Assembly (NCBI GenBank): GCA_016181175.1
Contig: JACOZV010000002.1
Span: 64,115 to 128,114, forward strand
Direction of reading: 5' to 3'
Source of the DNA: Candidatus Yanofskybacteria bacterium
GTDB taxonomy: Bacteria; Patescibacteriota; Minisyncoccia; 2-02-FULL-40-12; IGHO2-01-FULL-4-A
DNA: 64,000 nt
Position numbers and translations under genes: made by a program. Every line of letters starts with the position of its first letter. The first letter of the stretch is position 1. Shown one piece after another: positions 9,553-17,508 of this stretch. The notes under the pieces are model-generated. The model was given only the letters and a program-made list of their open reading frames with translations, made no database searches and was not told the origin of the DNA.

Positions 9553-10031
9553 ATGAATTTCTTATGTTCGACTTTGTCGTGGTGGATAAGATAGTGACAA
9601 TTATGGCAAAGCCAAACCAAGTTTTCTATTTTATTGTTCATCCTATTCTCGTCTAAATGATGCACTGCTAAAATTCTCTTATCTTTTAACTTACAAAATT
9701 TACACGCCTGCTTGGCATGACTTCTTAAGAGAATATGTCTGTATCTATGCAGGCCGCCTTTCCAAAATGGATGTTTTTCTCCAGAGAAAAAAACATTTCT
9801 CCATATAGTCTGACATCTCTTTGTACAGAAAAATTTACCACTTTTCGAATGCCTTAATTCTTTAGGCATTTTCCATGCTAATTTATTGCATGTGGAACAA
9901 TTTATAAATTTACCGCGACGTTGTCCTATCGTTTGGCATTTACGCGAACAGTATTTCCCGCCGCCAATTTTTAAGTGATATGGTTTGATATAGGATTTAT
10001 TCTTACAAATGTGGCATGTGATGGTGGGCAT
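9537..10031 (-). CDS. HNH endonuclease with N-terminal Zn-binding repeats; stop codon lies inside tRNA-His
   Basis: CxxC...YCSRKC and CxxC...FCTKRC, GEKHPFWKGG, HHLDENRMNNKIENLVWLCHNCH. Confidence 0.85.
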   Translation of the reverse strand: MPTITCHICKNKSYIKPYHLKIGGGKYCSRKCQTIGQRRGKFINCSTCNKLAWKMPKELRHSKSGKFFCTKRCQTIWRNVFFSGEKHPFWKGGLHRYRHILLRSHAKQACKFCKLKDKRILAVHHLDENRMNNKIENLVWLCHNCHYLIHHDKVEHKKFMGILV

Positions 10032-10038
10032 TAACTAA

Positions 10039-10067
10039 ATTATATCTGTTTCTGCCTATTGTTGCAA
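10039..10067 (-). promoter_or_regulatory. promoter of the HNH/tRNA-His unit (leaderless)
   Basis: TTGCAA-17 bp-TATAAT, 7 nt before the ATG. Confidence 0.65.
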
Positions 10068-10092
10068 GACTGCTCTGTGGATTAAATCCTCT

Positions 10093-10116
10093 CTCTACCA
10101 TTGAGCTACGGCCACC
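10093..10116 (-). pseudogene. tRNA 5'-half relic (His-like)
   Basis: GGTGGCCG TA GCTC AATGGTA GAG = G-1, acceptor 5' strand and D-arm, then the structure is lost; His identity is inferred from the typical GGTGGC start. Confidence 0.65.
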
Positions 10117-10126
10117 ATACGGCAAA

Positions 10127-10173
10127 ATTATAACAAGTTTTTAATTTACTTTCAAGCTGAAATGCGATATAAT
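10127..10173. promoter_or_regulatory. back-to-back tRNA promoters
   Basis: Minus strand TTGAAA-17-TATAAT (10155-10127); plus strand TTTACT-17-TATAAT (10145-10173). Confidence 0.65.
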
Positions 10174-10188
10174 TAGCACTAATAAACA

Positions 10189-10260
10189 CCGCCCGTAGTT
10201 CAACGGACAGAACGAGGGACTTCTAATCCCTAAATCGAGGTTCGATTCCTCGCGGGCGGA
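10189..10260 (+). tRNA. tRNA-Arg(TCT)
   Basis: Acceptor CCGCCCG/CGGGCGG; anticodon arm AGGGA-CTTCTAA-TCCCT; TTCGATT loop. Confidence 0.93.
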
Positions 10261-10263
10261 CAT

Positions 10264-10476
10264 ATGAAAATTTGGAAATGGCTTTTATATATTACTAATA
10301 ACGAGGAAAAATCACGGCACGAAGAGCTTTTTGATGTTGCCTTTTTTAGTCTCAATACCATTGCGGTTGTTTTTGGAATTGTTATGTTTATAATCCACAA
10401 CGAACCACAGTGGATACCGATTCTTGTTATTGAGTATACTTGGGCATTAGATAGTATGAGACACAATAGGCCATAA
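10264..10476 (+). CDS. small membrane protein
   Basis: 70 aa with hydrophobic core, between two tRNAs. Confidence 0.6.
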   Translation: MKIWKWLLYITNNEEKSRHEELFDVAFFSLNTIAVVFGIVMFIIHNEPQWIPILVIEYTWALDSMRHNRP

Positions 10477-10516
10477 ATATTTAGAAAAGGGTATTCTACA
10501 AATTTATAAATTTATA

Positions 10517-10587
10517 CGGGCCGTGGTGTAACGGTAGCACGAGACGTTTGGGACGTTTTAGCCCGAGTTCGAATCTCGGCGGCCCGA
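10517..10587 (+). tRNA. tRNA-Pro(TGG)
   Basis: Acceptor CGGGCCG/CGGCCCG; anticodon arm AGACG-TTTGGGA-CGTTT; TTCGAAT loop. Confidence 0.92.
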
Positions 10588-10598
10588 CAGTTAAAATC

Positions 10599-10634
10599 GC
10601 GGGTATCGTATAGTGGCAGTACGGCAGTTTTCCA
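10599..10634 (+). pseudogene. tRNA-Gly(TCC) 5'-half relic
   Basis: GCGGGTA TC GTAT AGTGGCA GTAC G GCAGT TT TCC A, then breaks off after position 37; no 3' half. Confidence 0.75.
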
Positions 10635-10657
10635 TATGTTTTGGTAATTAATTTGCT

Positions 10658-10704
10658 ATATAAAACAAAAGGCCTCCGGGGTATGGAGACCTTTTGTTTT
10701 ATAT
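10658..10704. terminator. bidirectional terminator between convergent tRNA units
   Basis: ATATAAAACAAAAGG.CTCC ... GGAG.CCTTTTGTTTTATAT. Confidence 0.7.
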
Positions 10705-10705
10705 G

Positions 10706-10776
10706 AGCGGGTAACGGGATTTGCACCCGTGTCTACTCCTTGGAAGGGAGTCATACTGCTGCTATACTATACCCGC
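10706..10776 (-). tRNA. tRNA-Gly(TCC), atypical D-loop
   Basis: Acceptor GCGGGTA/TACCCGC; anticodon arm ACTCC-CTTCCAA-GGAGT; T-arm ACGGG-TGCAAAT-CCCGT; U73; D-loop lacks GG. Confidence 0.8.
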
Positions 10777-10780
10777 AATT

Positions 10781-11452
10781 TTATTGCGATAACACACCAT
10801 ATATCCAACCCTTTATTCTCCTAAATAGTTTTACCCCAAAAGCAATATTTCCATTTGCCTTTATAGTAACATGAGCAGTACCAAAAGGCAGCTTTTTTCT
10901 TTTATAGATTTTTTTATTTTCTCTGCGATCTATTTGTACTTTTTGGAAGTTTTTATCAGACAAACCAGTTTCTTTTTTCCAGAATTTGATTGATTCATTA
11001 ATGTTGTTATCAGGGTATAAATGAAGTCTTATGGCAAAGTTATCATCTGGCAAGCCGATTATTTCTTTAAACCATCTTATGGAGAGCCTTATTACTGCTG
11101 GATCAGCATTGATTACTCGAATAATATCATTATTTTTAGTACCCTCTCCTATATAAATGCCAAGTCCTAAAAGCCACAAGTCTCGGTTGCTAAGTTTTCC
11201 GATTTCTTTAGCGCCAGCTTCAAGTAATTCCTTAGTTTCTTGTACTTTACGATTGTGGCTTTTTTCGGCTGATTTCATGGGCCCGCGGTATATTCTATCT
11301 AAAACTTCTATGTTAGGAGTAAACTTACGATCTCTAAACCAGTCACTTAGAGTACTTTTTGATATTCCTATACTTGCCGAGATCATGTTATAGGAGTATC
11401 CCCTATCTCTTAGTTTTGTTGCCTGATTTTTAAGTTTATTAATTCTGGTCAT
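10781..11452 (-). CDS. HTH plus LAGLIDADG-like putative homing endonuclease
   Basis: HTH LRDRGYSYNMIS..IGISKSTLSDW; helix LLGLGIYIGEG; ATG 11452 is 6 nt after TATAAT; ends 4 nt before tRNA-Gly. Confidence 0.6.
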   Translation of the reverse strand: MTRINKLKNQATKLRDRGYSYNMISASIGISKSTLSDWFRDRKFTPNIEVLDRIYRGPMKSAEKSHNRKVQETKELLEAGAKEIGKLSNRDLWLLGLGIYIGEGTKNNDIIRVINADPAVIRLSIRWFKEIIGLPDDNFAIRLHLYPDNNINESIKFWKKETGLSDKNFQKVQIDRRENKKIYKRKKLPFGTAHVTIKANGNIAFGVKLFRRIKGWIYGVLSQ

Positions 11453-11570
11453 AGCCTCATTATACCAGACTATAGTCACGGGTTCAATAAAATCGGAATT
11501 AAAAAGTGTGGCAGTTGTAGAATTTATCTGCATCTAATTTTCCCTTCAATCAAGCAGTTTATTCTCATTG

Positions 11571-11651
11571 CCCCCTACCCGCTCCCCCAGTCCAACTGGG
11601 ACCCCCTCACCCACAGTTGGAATGGGGAGTCGAGTTTGACTCGCCTCCCCA
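11571..11651. other. GC-rich double-hairpin element with strong G/C strand skew
   Basis: TCCAACTG/CAGTTGGA and TGGGGAG..CGAGT/ACTCG..CTCCCCA stems in an AT-rich spacer. Confidence 0.5.
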
Positions 11652-11696
11652 ACTATATAATTATATTAAGAATAAAAAGTCTGACTTTTTATTCTT

Positions 11697-11885
11697 ATGA
11701 ATAAGTATTACGTATACACATTGCTCTCACTTAAAGATAGGCGATTTTATGTTGGTTTCACCGCCAACCTAAAAAACCGTCTTCAGCAACACGCTCACCA
11801 AGATGCCAAAGCCAGAGAAGTGTTTCTCAAAAGTGGTTTTGGCAGAAACCAAATGAAGCAGGCATTAAAACAAACACTTTTGTAG
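11697..11885 (+). pseudogene. small GIY-YIG nuclease with probable internal deletion
   Basis: YYVYTL..FYVGFTANLKNRLQQH joined directly to DAKAREVFLKSGFGR; the usual central segment appears missing. Confidence 0.65.
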
Positions 11886-11943
11886 CCTATTTCCTATACT
11901 CGCTCCACAATAAAAAAAAGCTGATTTTTATTAATCAGCCTAT

Positions 11944-12270
11944 CTACTGCTTTGAGTTTTTACGACTCTTCGTCATCTGAAGTAATAACTTTAAATCACT
12001 AGTCGGCTCTTTTTTATACATTGAAAGCAACTCATTTCTTGTAATAATTTCTGCTTTATCACGAATAAGGTCATTGATGTGTCGACGAGTATACCAATCA
12101 ACGCCGTTTTCTCTTATGAACTTTTTGTCACCTGGACAACTATTGAGTGCATAAAAACCTGGCTTTTCGAGAAAACTCTCGTGCCTAACTACAATACCGA
12201 GCACTCTTCCGAAAACACAAACAATATCCCCACGCTTTAGTTTTGTTTGTGAAGTAATCAGTGTTGCCAC
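11944..12270 (-). CDS. hypothetical protein
   Basis: 108 aa; SD GAGGGAG; followed by a hairpin and T-tract. Confidence 0.6.
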   Translation of the reverse strand: MATLITSQTKLKRGDIVCVFGRVLGIVVRHESFLEKPGFYALNSCPGDKKFIRENGVDWYTRRHINDLIRDKAEIITRNELLSMYKKEPTSDLKLLLQMTKSRKNSKQ

Positions 12271-12474
12271 AAAAACTCCCTCATATGCATAGAACTGACT
12301 CCCAATTTAACTCATTTGAATTATCTCTGCAAGTAATTAATCCTAACTACTTCTATTGCCAAGCTAGGTATATAAAATAAGTCTGTAGCTGATTCCCAAT
12401 AGGTTCTCCCTCGGGAATACTCGGGACAGGTAACGTCATCTACTAACCCGCTCCAAGAAAAATAAAACCACTTC

Positions 12475-13125
12475 TTAAGAAGTGGCTAGAGTCTGCAATT
12501 TTTGAAGGGCTTTATGGCGTTGGGATTTTACATTTCCCAATGAACACCCGAGTATGCGGGCGATTTCTTTATATTCAAATCCTTCTAAGTCGCGTAACGC
12601 TAGAGTTTCTTTATAACCCGGGGGCAAACCACGCATAAGTTTGTTTACAGATAATTTATTTGGCACGTTTTCTAATGTGCGATCAGGTTCGCCAATTTCA
12701 CTTTTTCTGAACACACACCGATCGCCATGCGTAATAACTTCACCTCGCAATGTGCTTACTATTCTGCCTTCGTCTGTAACCTGACATTCTTGCAGTTCTT
12801 CAATTGAAAAAACGTAATATTTCTTGCGGCGGCAAGACATAAGAAAAACATTAACGGCAATTCTATGAAGCCAAGTATAGAAACCGGCGTTTCTTTTAAA
12901 AGTGCTTAGTTTGGAAAAGGCCAATATAAATGTATCCTGAAGAAAATCTTCAGAATCGTGCACGTTACCCTTTGTTAGTCGCATAAAAACCAAAAAAATT
13001 CTTTGCTGGTATTTCTCAAAAAGCTCGCCAAATGATGATTTATCTCCTGATAAAACTTTATCTATAATCTGAAAATCAGCCGTGTTATTGTTGTGGCTTT
13101 TTATTTCGTAATCGTTTTTTGGCAT
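12475..13125 (-). CDS. ECF RNA polymerase sigma factor
   Basis: Region 2 (EDFLQDTF, FYTWLHRIAVN) and region 4 (LPPGYK...EIARILGCSLGNVKSQ); ATG 13125 follows GGGGAGG. Confidence 0.9.
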   Translation of the reverse strand: MPKNDYEIKSHNNNTADFQIIDKVLSGDKSSFGELFEKYQQRIFLVFMRLTKGNVHDSEDFLQDTFILAFSKLSTFKRNAGFYTWLHRIAVNVFLMSCRRKKYYVFSIEELQECQVTDEGRIVSTLRGEVITHGDRCVFRKSEIGEPDRTLENVPNKLSVNKLMRGLPPGYKETLALRDLEGFEYKEIARILGCSLGNVKSQRHKALQKLQTLATS

Positions 13126-13204
13126 TTTGCCATCCTCCCCCAATTTGTTAAAAAACACTTCACATAGCTTAGCATAAACATTTTATTTAGTCAATCTTGT
13201 GCGG

Positions 13205-13240
13205 TAAATTAAAAACCGCTATTACGCGGTTTTTAATTTA
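13205..13240. terminator. bidirectional-type terminator
   Basis: 15-bp perfect stem TAAATTAAAAACCGC/GCGGTTTTTAATTTA. Confidence 0.65.
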
Positions 13241-13258
13241 ATAATACCTTAGACCTGT

Positions 13259-13335
13259 CCCATTAGAGAGTCCGATATCGGAAACAGTGCTCATGTAATT
13301 CACCGGTGAGTGATTTGAGCGTACTCTCTAACGGG
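13259..13335. mobile_element. CCCGTTAG miniature element, copy 2 (diverged)
   Basis: CCCATTAGAGAGT...ACTCTCTAACGGG. Confidence 0.65.
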
Positions 13336-13350
13336 ATCCAAAGTACTATT

Positions 13351-13632
13351 TTATAAAACTGCTTCTTTGAGCGCTTTAGCTGGAGTAAATTTGGCCTTTT
13401 TGGATGCTTTTACTTGAACCTGCTCTCCTGTTCTGGGGTTACGTGCCATACGGGCTGGGCGGTCAACAACCTTAAAAACTCCGAAACCGCTCAAATTTAA
13501 TTTCTTGTCTCCGCTTTTCATTGCCTTAACGACTTCTTCCAAAACAATGTCCAGATATTCTCCGGCTTGTTTCTTGGAGACATTCCACCTGTCGGCTAAA
13601 GTTTGAACAAATTGATTTTTCTTGACTGGCAT
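13351..13632 (-). CDS. hup: HU family DNA-binding protein
   Basis: LSGFGVF...RPARMARNPRTGE...F.PAKALK. Confidence 0.95.
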   Translation of the reverse strand: MPVKKNQFVQTLADRWNVSKKQAGEYLDIVLEEVVKAMKSGDKKLNLSGFGVFKVVDRPARMARNPRTGEQVQVKASKKAKFTPAKALKEAVL

Positions 13633-13704
13633 AAGACACCCCCTTTCTTTGATAGAGATGGTTTTAAAATCATCTCAAACTTTTAACTTTAAATTAAACT
13701 ATAA

Positions 13705-15237
13705 TTAGCGCGCATATTCAATAGCTCTTGTTTCTCTAATCACATTCACCTTAATTTCTCCAGGATATTTCATTTCCGATTCTATTCTTTTAGCGATATC
13801 ACGTGCCAATTTCATGGCTGTAAGGTCGTCTACCTTAGTTGGAGTTACAAAAATTCTCAATTCCCGTCCTGCCTGGATCGCATATGATTTTTCAACGCCC
13901 TCAAAGGAACTGGCTATTTTCTCTAAATCCTCTAAGCGTTTTAGGTAAATTTCTACCGTATCGCGTCGTGCTCCCGGTCTGGCTCCAGAAATTGCATCAG
14001 CCGATTGCACTATTCTTGATTCAAGTGTTGAATACGGGTATTCCTCGTGGTGTGCTTCCATGGCCGCGACCACCTTCTCGTCCGTGCCAAATTTTTGTAA
14101 AAGCTTGCGGCCTATCTCAACATGTGTTCCTTGAACCTCGTGATCTACTGCCTTTCCTATATCATGGAATAAAGCGCCTTTTTTTGCAACCATTACGTCC
14201 GCGCCAATTTCAGCTGCAAGCATGCCTGATATGTGAGCCATCTCAATTGAATGCAATAATACATTTTGGCCAAAACTTGTCCTAAATGCAAGACGTCCAA
14301 GTAGATAAGTCAATCTGGGGTCAACAGTGCCAGCGCCCACTTCAAATAATGCCGCCTCTCCCGCCTGTTTTATTTTTTCATTTATTTCGGCTTTTGCTTT
14401 TTCTACCGTTTCCTCAATTCTGGCTGGATGAATACGTCCGTCAGCAATAAGTTTGTCTATTGTCAGTTTGGCAATTTGTCGGCGTACAGGGTCAAAACCA
14501 GAAACAACCAGTACTTCTGGAGTGTCATCAATAATTATATCAACTCCGGTTAATCGTTCAATGGTCTTTATATTTCTTCCTTCCTTACCAATTATTTTGC
14601 CCTTTACCTCGTCAGACGGCAAGGCCACAACAGTAGTCATAGCGTCGGAAATATGGGATCCAGCGTACCGCTGAATGGCAGAGGTCAAAACCTCCCGTGC
14701 CTTCTTATCCACCTCTTCTTTGTTGGATTGTTCAAATTTACGTATTTTTTCAACTAATTCGTTTTTGTACTCATCTTCGAGGTTTCTGAAAAGTATATCT
14801 TTTGCTTCATCTTTTTTAAGGCCGGCTATCTTTTGAAGTTCTTGATTTTGGGTTTGTAATTTTGTTTCTAACTCTATTTTTAATTCGCTGACCTCTGCAA
14901 CTTTGGAGGTAACAATTTGCTTTTCTTTGTCCATATCTTTTGCTTTGGTATCAAGTTCTGCCTCACGTTTAGCCAGCATGTTTTCAATTCTTACCAATTG
15001 CTGATGTCGTTCTTCCTCTACCCTTTTGGCTTCTTCCAGAGTTTTTAAAGAATTATTTTTTGCTTCCAAAATTAAATCCTGAGCCTTATTTTTGGCTTCG
15101 GTTAGGAGATTTTCAGCACGAGTACGTGCTGAACTTATTTTCTTGTTTGTAAGAAGGAGACTAAGTAAATAACCTACCGCGAGACCAGAAAGTAACGCTA
15201 AAACCCCTCCAATAACGGAGTAGATGCCAATATTCAT
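13705..15237 (-). CDS. rny: ribonuclease Y
   Basis: N-terminal TM, coiled coil, KH domain (KGKIIGKEGRNI), HD domain (FHDIGK), DAISGARPGAR. Confidence 0.97.
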   Translation of the reverse strand: MNIGIYSVIGGVLALLSGLAVGYLLSLLLTNKKISSARTRAENLLTEAKNKAQDLILEAKNNSLKTLEEAKRVEEERHQQLVRIENMLAKREAELDTKAKDMDKEKQIVTSKVAEVSELKIELETKLQTQNQELQKIAGLKKDEAKDILFRNLEDEYKNELVEKIRKFEQSNKEEVDKKAREVLTSAIQRYAGSHISDAMTTVVALPSDEVKGKIIGKEGRNIKTIERLTGVDIIIDDTPEVLVVSGFDPVRRQIAKLTIDKLIADGRIHPARIEETVEKAKAEINEKIKQAGEAALFEVGAGTVDPRLTYLLGRLAFRTSFGQNVLLHSIEMAHISGMLAAEIGADVMVAKKGALFHDIGKAVDHEVQGTHVEIGRKLLQKFGTDEKVVAAMEAHHEEYPYSTLESRIVQSADAISGARPGARRDTVEIYLKRLEDLEKIASSFEGVEKSYAIQAGRELRIFVTPTKVDDLTAMKLARDIAKRIESEMKYPGEIKVNVIRETRAIEYAR

Positions 15238-15438
15238 TGTGTTGTAGTAGCATAAACATTACGTATACGTAGTACGTAGCGAGTAATATGTAGAAAACTC
15301 CATATTACTTTCCGCTTGCTGCGTGCGTATTGCTTAGAAAGTTAAGTTTAAGATAAATAAGACCTGATTTAATTATAGTCTAAATAAACGCGGCCGTCAA
15401 ACAAATGTAAAAGCGGGCTACTTGGCCCGCCCGAACTC

Positions 15439-15825
15439 CTAATCGGCTATTTTATGTTTTATTTTCTTACTTTCGTCTTTTTTAGAACAGGTAAGGCATT
15501 CCGTTGCCCAAGGAATTGCTTTTAGGCGTATTGTGGGAATCTTACTTTTGCAAGAGAGGCAGAAGCCATAGTTTCCATTTTTAATGTTCAAAATTGCCTG
15601 ACTTATTTTAAAAATTTGCTTTGCGCAGCCATTGGCAAGGTGCAGATTGACTTCTTGATCCAAAATTGTGCTGGCAAGATCCGCGGAATCCCTTAGTCCA
15701 TCTTCTCCGATGGCAACAAGGCCCCTAAGTGCTTGTTTTTGTCGGTCAAGGCATTCTCTTAATTTTAACCCAAGAAGTTCTTCCCGTTTCTTTAGAAAGC
15801 TTTCTGTTAAAGCCATATTATTCAT
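15439..15825 (-). CDS. DksA/TraR family C4 zinc-finger protein
   Basis: DSADLA tip motif; YGFCLSC...RLKAIPWATECLTC. Confidence 0.85.
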   Translation of the reverse strand: MNNMALTESFLKKREELLGLKLRECLDRQKQALRGLVAIGEDGLRDSADLASTILDQEVNLHLANGCAKQIFKISQAILNIKNGNYGFCLSCKSKIPTIRLKAIPWATECLTCSKKDESKKIKHKIAD

Positions 15826-15930
15826 CCTCCAAGTAGTAAAAGAACGCCTAATACCCGCCTAAATTGATAATAGTAAATCAAAACATATATGTCAATAAAC
15901 AATAAATATCCTTTTTGTTATCATGGTGAG

Positions 15931-17508
15931 ATGGCAGAAAATAAAAAACCACTAGTTTTGGCGATTTTGGACGGTTGGGGTTTCAACAAAAAAGAAGTTG
16001 GTAACCCGATTGCAATGGCAAACAAACCCACCCTTGATAGACTCGTCAGCCAATTCCCAATGTTGCTTTTGCAGGCATCTGGTTTGGCGGTAGGTATGAC
16101 CTGGGGTGAATCCGGAAACAGCGAAGTTGGCCATTTGAATATTGGCGCAGGACGAGTTATTGAACAGTATCTTTCGCGCATTAACCGTGCGGTTAAGGAC
16201 GGTTCTTTTTTTGTCAATGACGCATTAACCGGTGCGTTTGATCATGCCAGAAAAAACAGTGGACAAGTTCATCTTGTGGGACTGTTAACTTCCGGCACGG
16301 TGCATGCCGACTTTTCGCACATTGTTGCCTTGCTTGAGTTCGCCCGCCAAAAAACCACCCTGGATGTTTATTTGCATTTATTTTTGGACGGTAAGGATTC
16401 CGGTTTACAAGAAGCGCCAGCATTGTTGGAAAAACTAAGTTTAGAAATAACAAGCAAAGGTTGCGGCAAAATAGCAACTCTTATTGGGCGTAATTTTGCA
16501 ATGGATAGGGACAATAATTGGGGCTCAACAGAGCGTTCTTATCGTTTATTGACTGCCGGCGAAGGCGAAATGAGTGATGACTATATAAAAACGGTAAAGA
16601 ATTATTATGCATCGGGCAAGAATGATTCCACCATGGAGGCCATAGTCAATGCCAAGTCAGGATTTAAGATCATAAACGAAAACGATGCCGTTATTTTCTT
16701 TAATTTCAGGGAAGACAGCATGAGGCAAATTTTGAAACCGTTTGTTGAGGAGGGTTTTTCACTATTCCAAAAAAAGGACTTAAAGAATGTATTTATTTGT
16801 ACCATGACCAAATATTCGGAAAACCCTATTGCTCATGTGGCGTTTGCGCCGCCAATAGTTATTAACAGTTTAGCAGAGGTGTTGGAGAATAACGGTATGA
16901 ACCAGTTTCATATAGCCGAAAGTGAAAAATACGCCCACGTAACCTATTTTTTTAACGGTTTAAGAGAACAAGGATTTAGTAAAGAAGTTGATGTTTTTAT
17001 TGAATCTGATAAAAATAGTCCGCAAGAACCCGCAATGAAAAGCAAAGAAATTGCTGAAAAAGTTATTGGGGAAATCAATAAAAATATTTACGATTTTATT
17101 ATTTTAAATTTTGCTAATGCCGATATCTTAGCTCATACTGGTGATTTTAAAACTGTAACTAAGGGCATTGAGGCGGTTGATTCGGCGCTTGGTTTGGTTG
17201 TAAATAAGATTCTTGAATTGGACGGGGTTATGATCGTTACTTCCGATCATGGCAATGCCGAATCACTGGTTTACCGTAGTAGCGGTGAAGCGGAAACGAG
17301 GCACAATGATAGTCCAGTGCCGTTTTATTTGGTGGGTCAGCAATACCAAACCAATAAAACCACGGAAAGAATTGCTCAAGAAACAAGTGAGATAGCGGGC
17401 ATACTCGGCGATATTGCGCCGACAATTCTGGAGCTAATGGGCATTTCCCAACCCGAAGAAATAACCGGGAAGAGTCTATTGCCGCTACTGGTAGCAAATA
17501 CTACTTAA
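15931..17508 (+). CDS. gpmI: 2,3-bisphosphoglycerate-independent phosphoglycerate mutase
   Basis: ILDGWG, GNSEVGH, AESEKYAHVT, TSDHGNAE. Confidence 0.95.
   Translation: MAENKKPLVLAILDGWGFNKKEVGNPIAMANKPTLDRLVSQFPMLLLQASGLAVGMTWGESGNSEVGHLNIGAGRVIEQYLSRINRAVKDGSFFVNDALTGAFDHARKNSGQVHLVGLLTSGTVHADFSHIVALLEFARQKTTLDVYLHLFLDGKDSGLQEAPALLEKLSLEITSKGCGKIATLIGRNFAMDRDNNWGSTERSYRLLTAGEGEMSDDYIKTVKNYYASGKNDSTMEAIVNAKSGFKIINENDAVIFFNFREDSMRQILKPFVEEGFSLFQKKDLKNVFICTMTKYSENPIAHVAFAPPIVINSLAEVLENNGMNQFHIAESEKYAHVTYFFNGLREQGFSKEVDVFIESDKNSPQEPAMKSKEIAEKVIGEINKNIYDFIILNFANADILAHTGDFKTVTKGIEAVDSALGLVVNKILELDGVMIVTSDHGNAESLVYRSSGEAETRHNDSPVPFYLVGQQYQTNKTTERIAQETSEIAGILGDIAPTILELMGISQPEEITGKSLLPLLVANTT

Noticed and set aside
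9553-10092. Group I intron or split-tRNA explanation for the His locus
   Set aside because: The downstream tRNA is complete rather than a 3' exon, its acceptor does not pair with the relic, and no intron core is visible; the Gly relic likewise has no co-oriented 3' half
12376-12454. Weak resemblance to the RNase P 3' end or a fluoride riboswitch
   Set aside because: The 5' half would overlap the sigma gene, and the required conserved nucleotides and pseudoknot are missing
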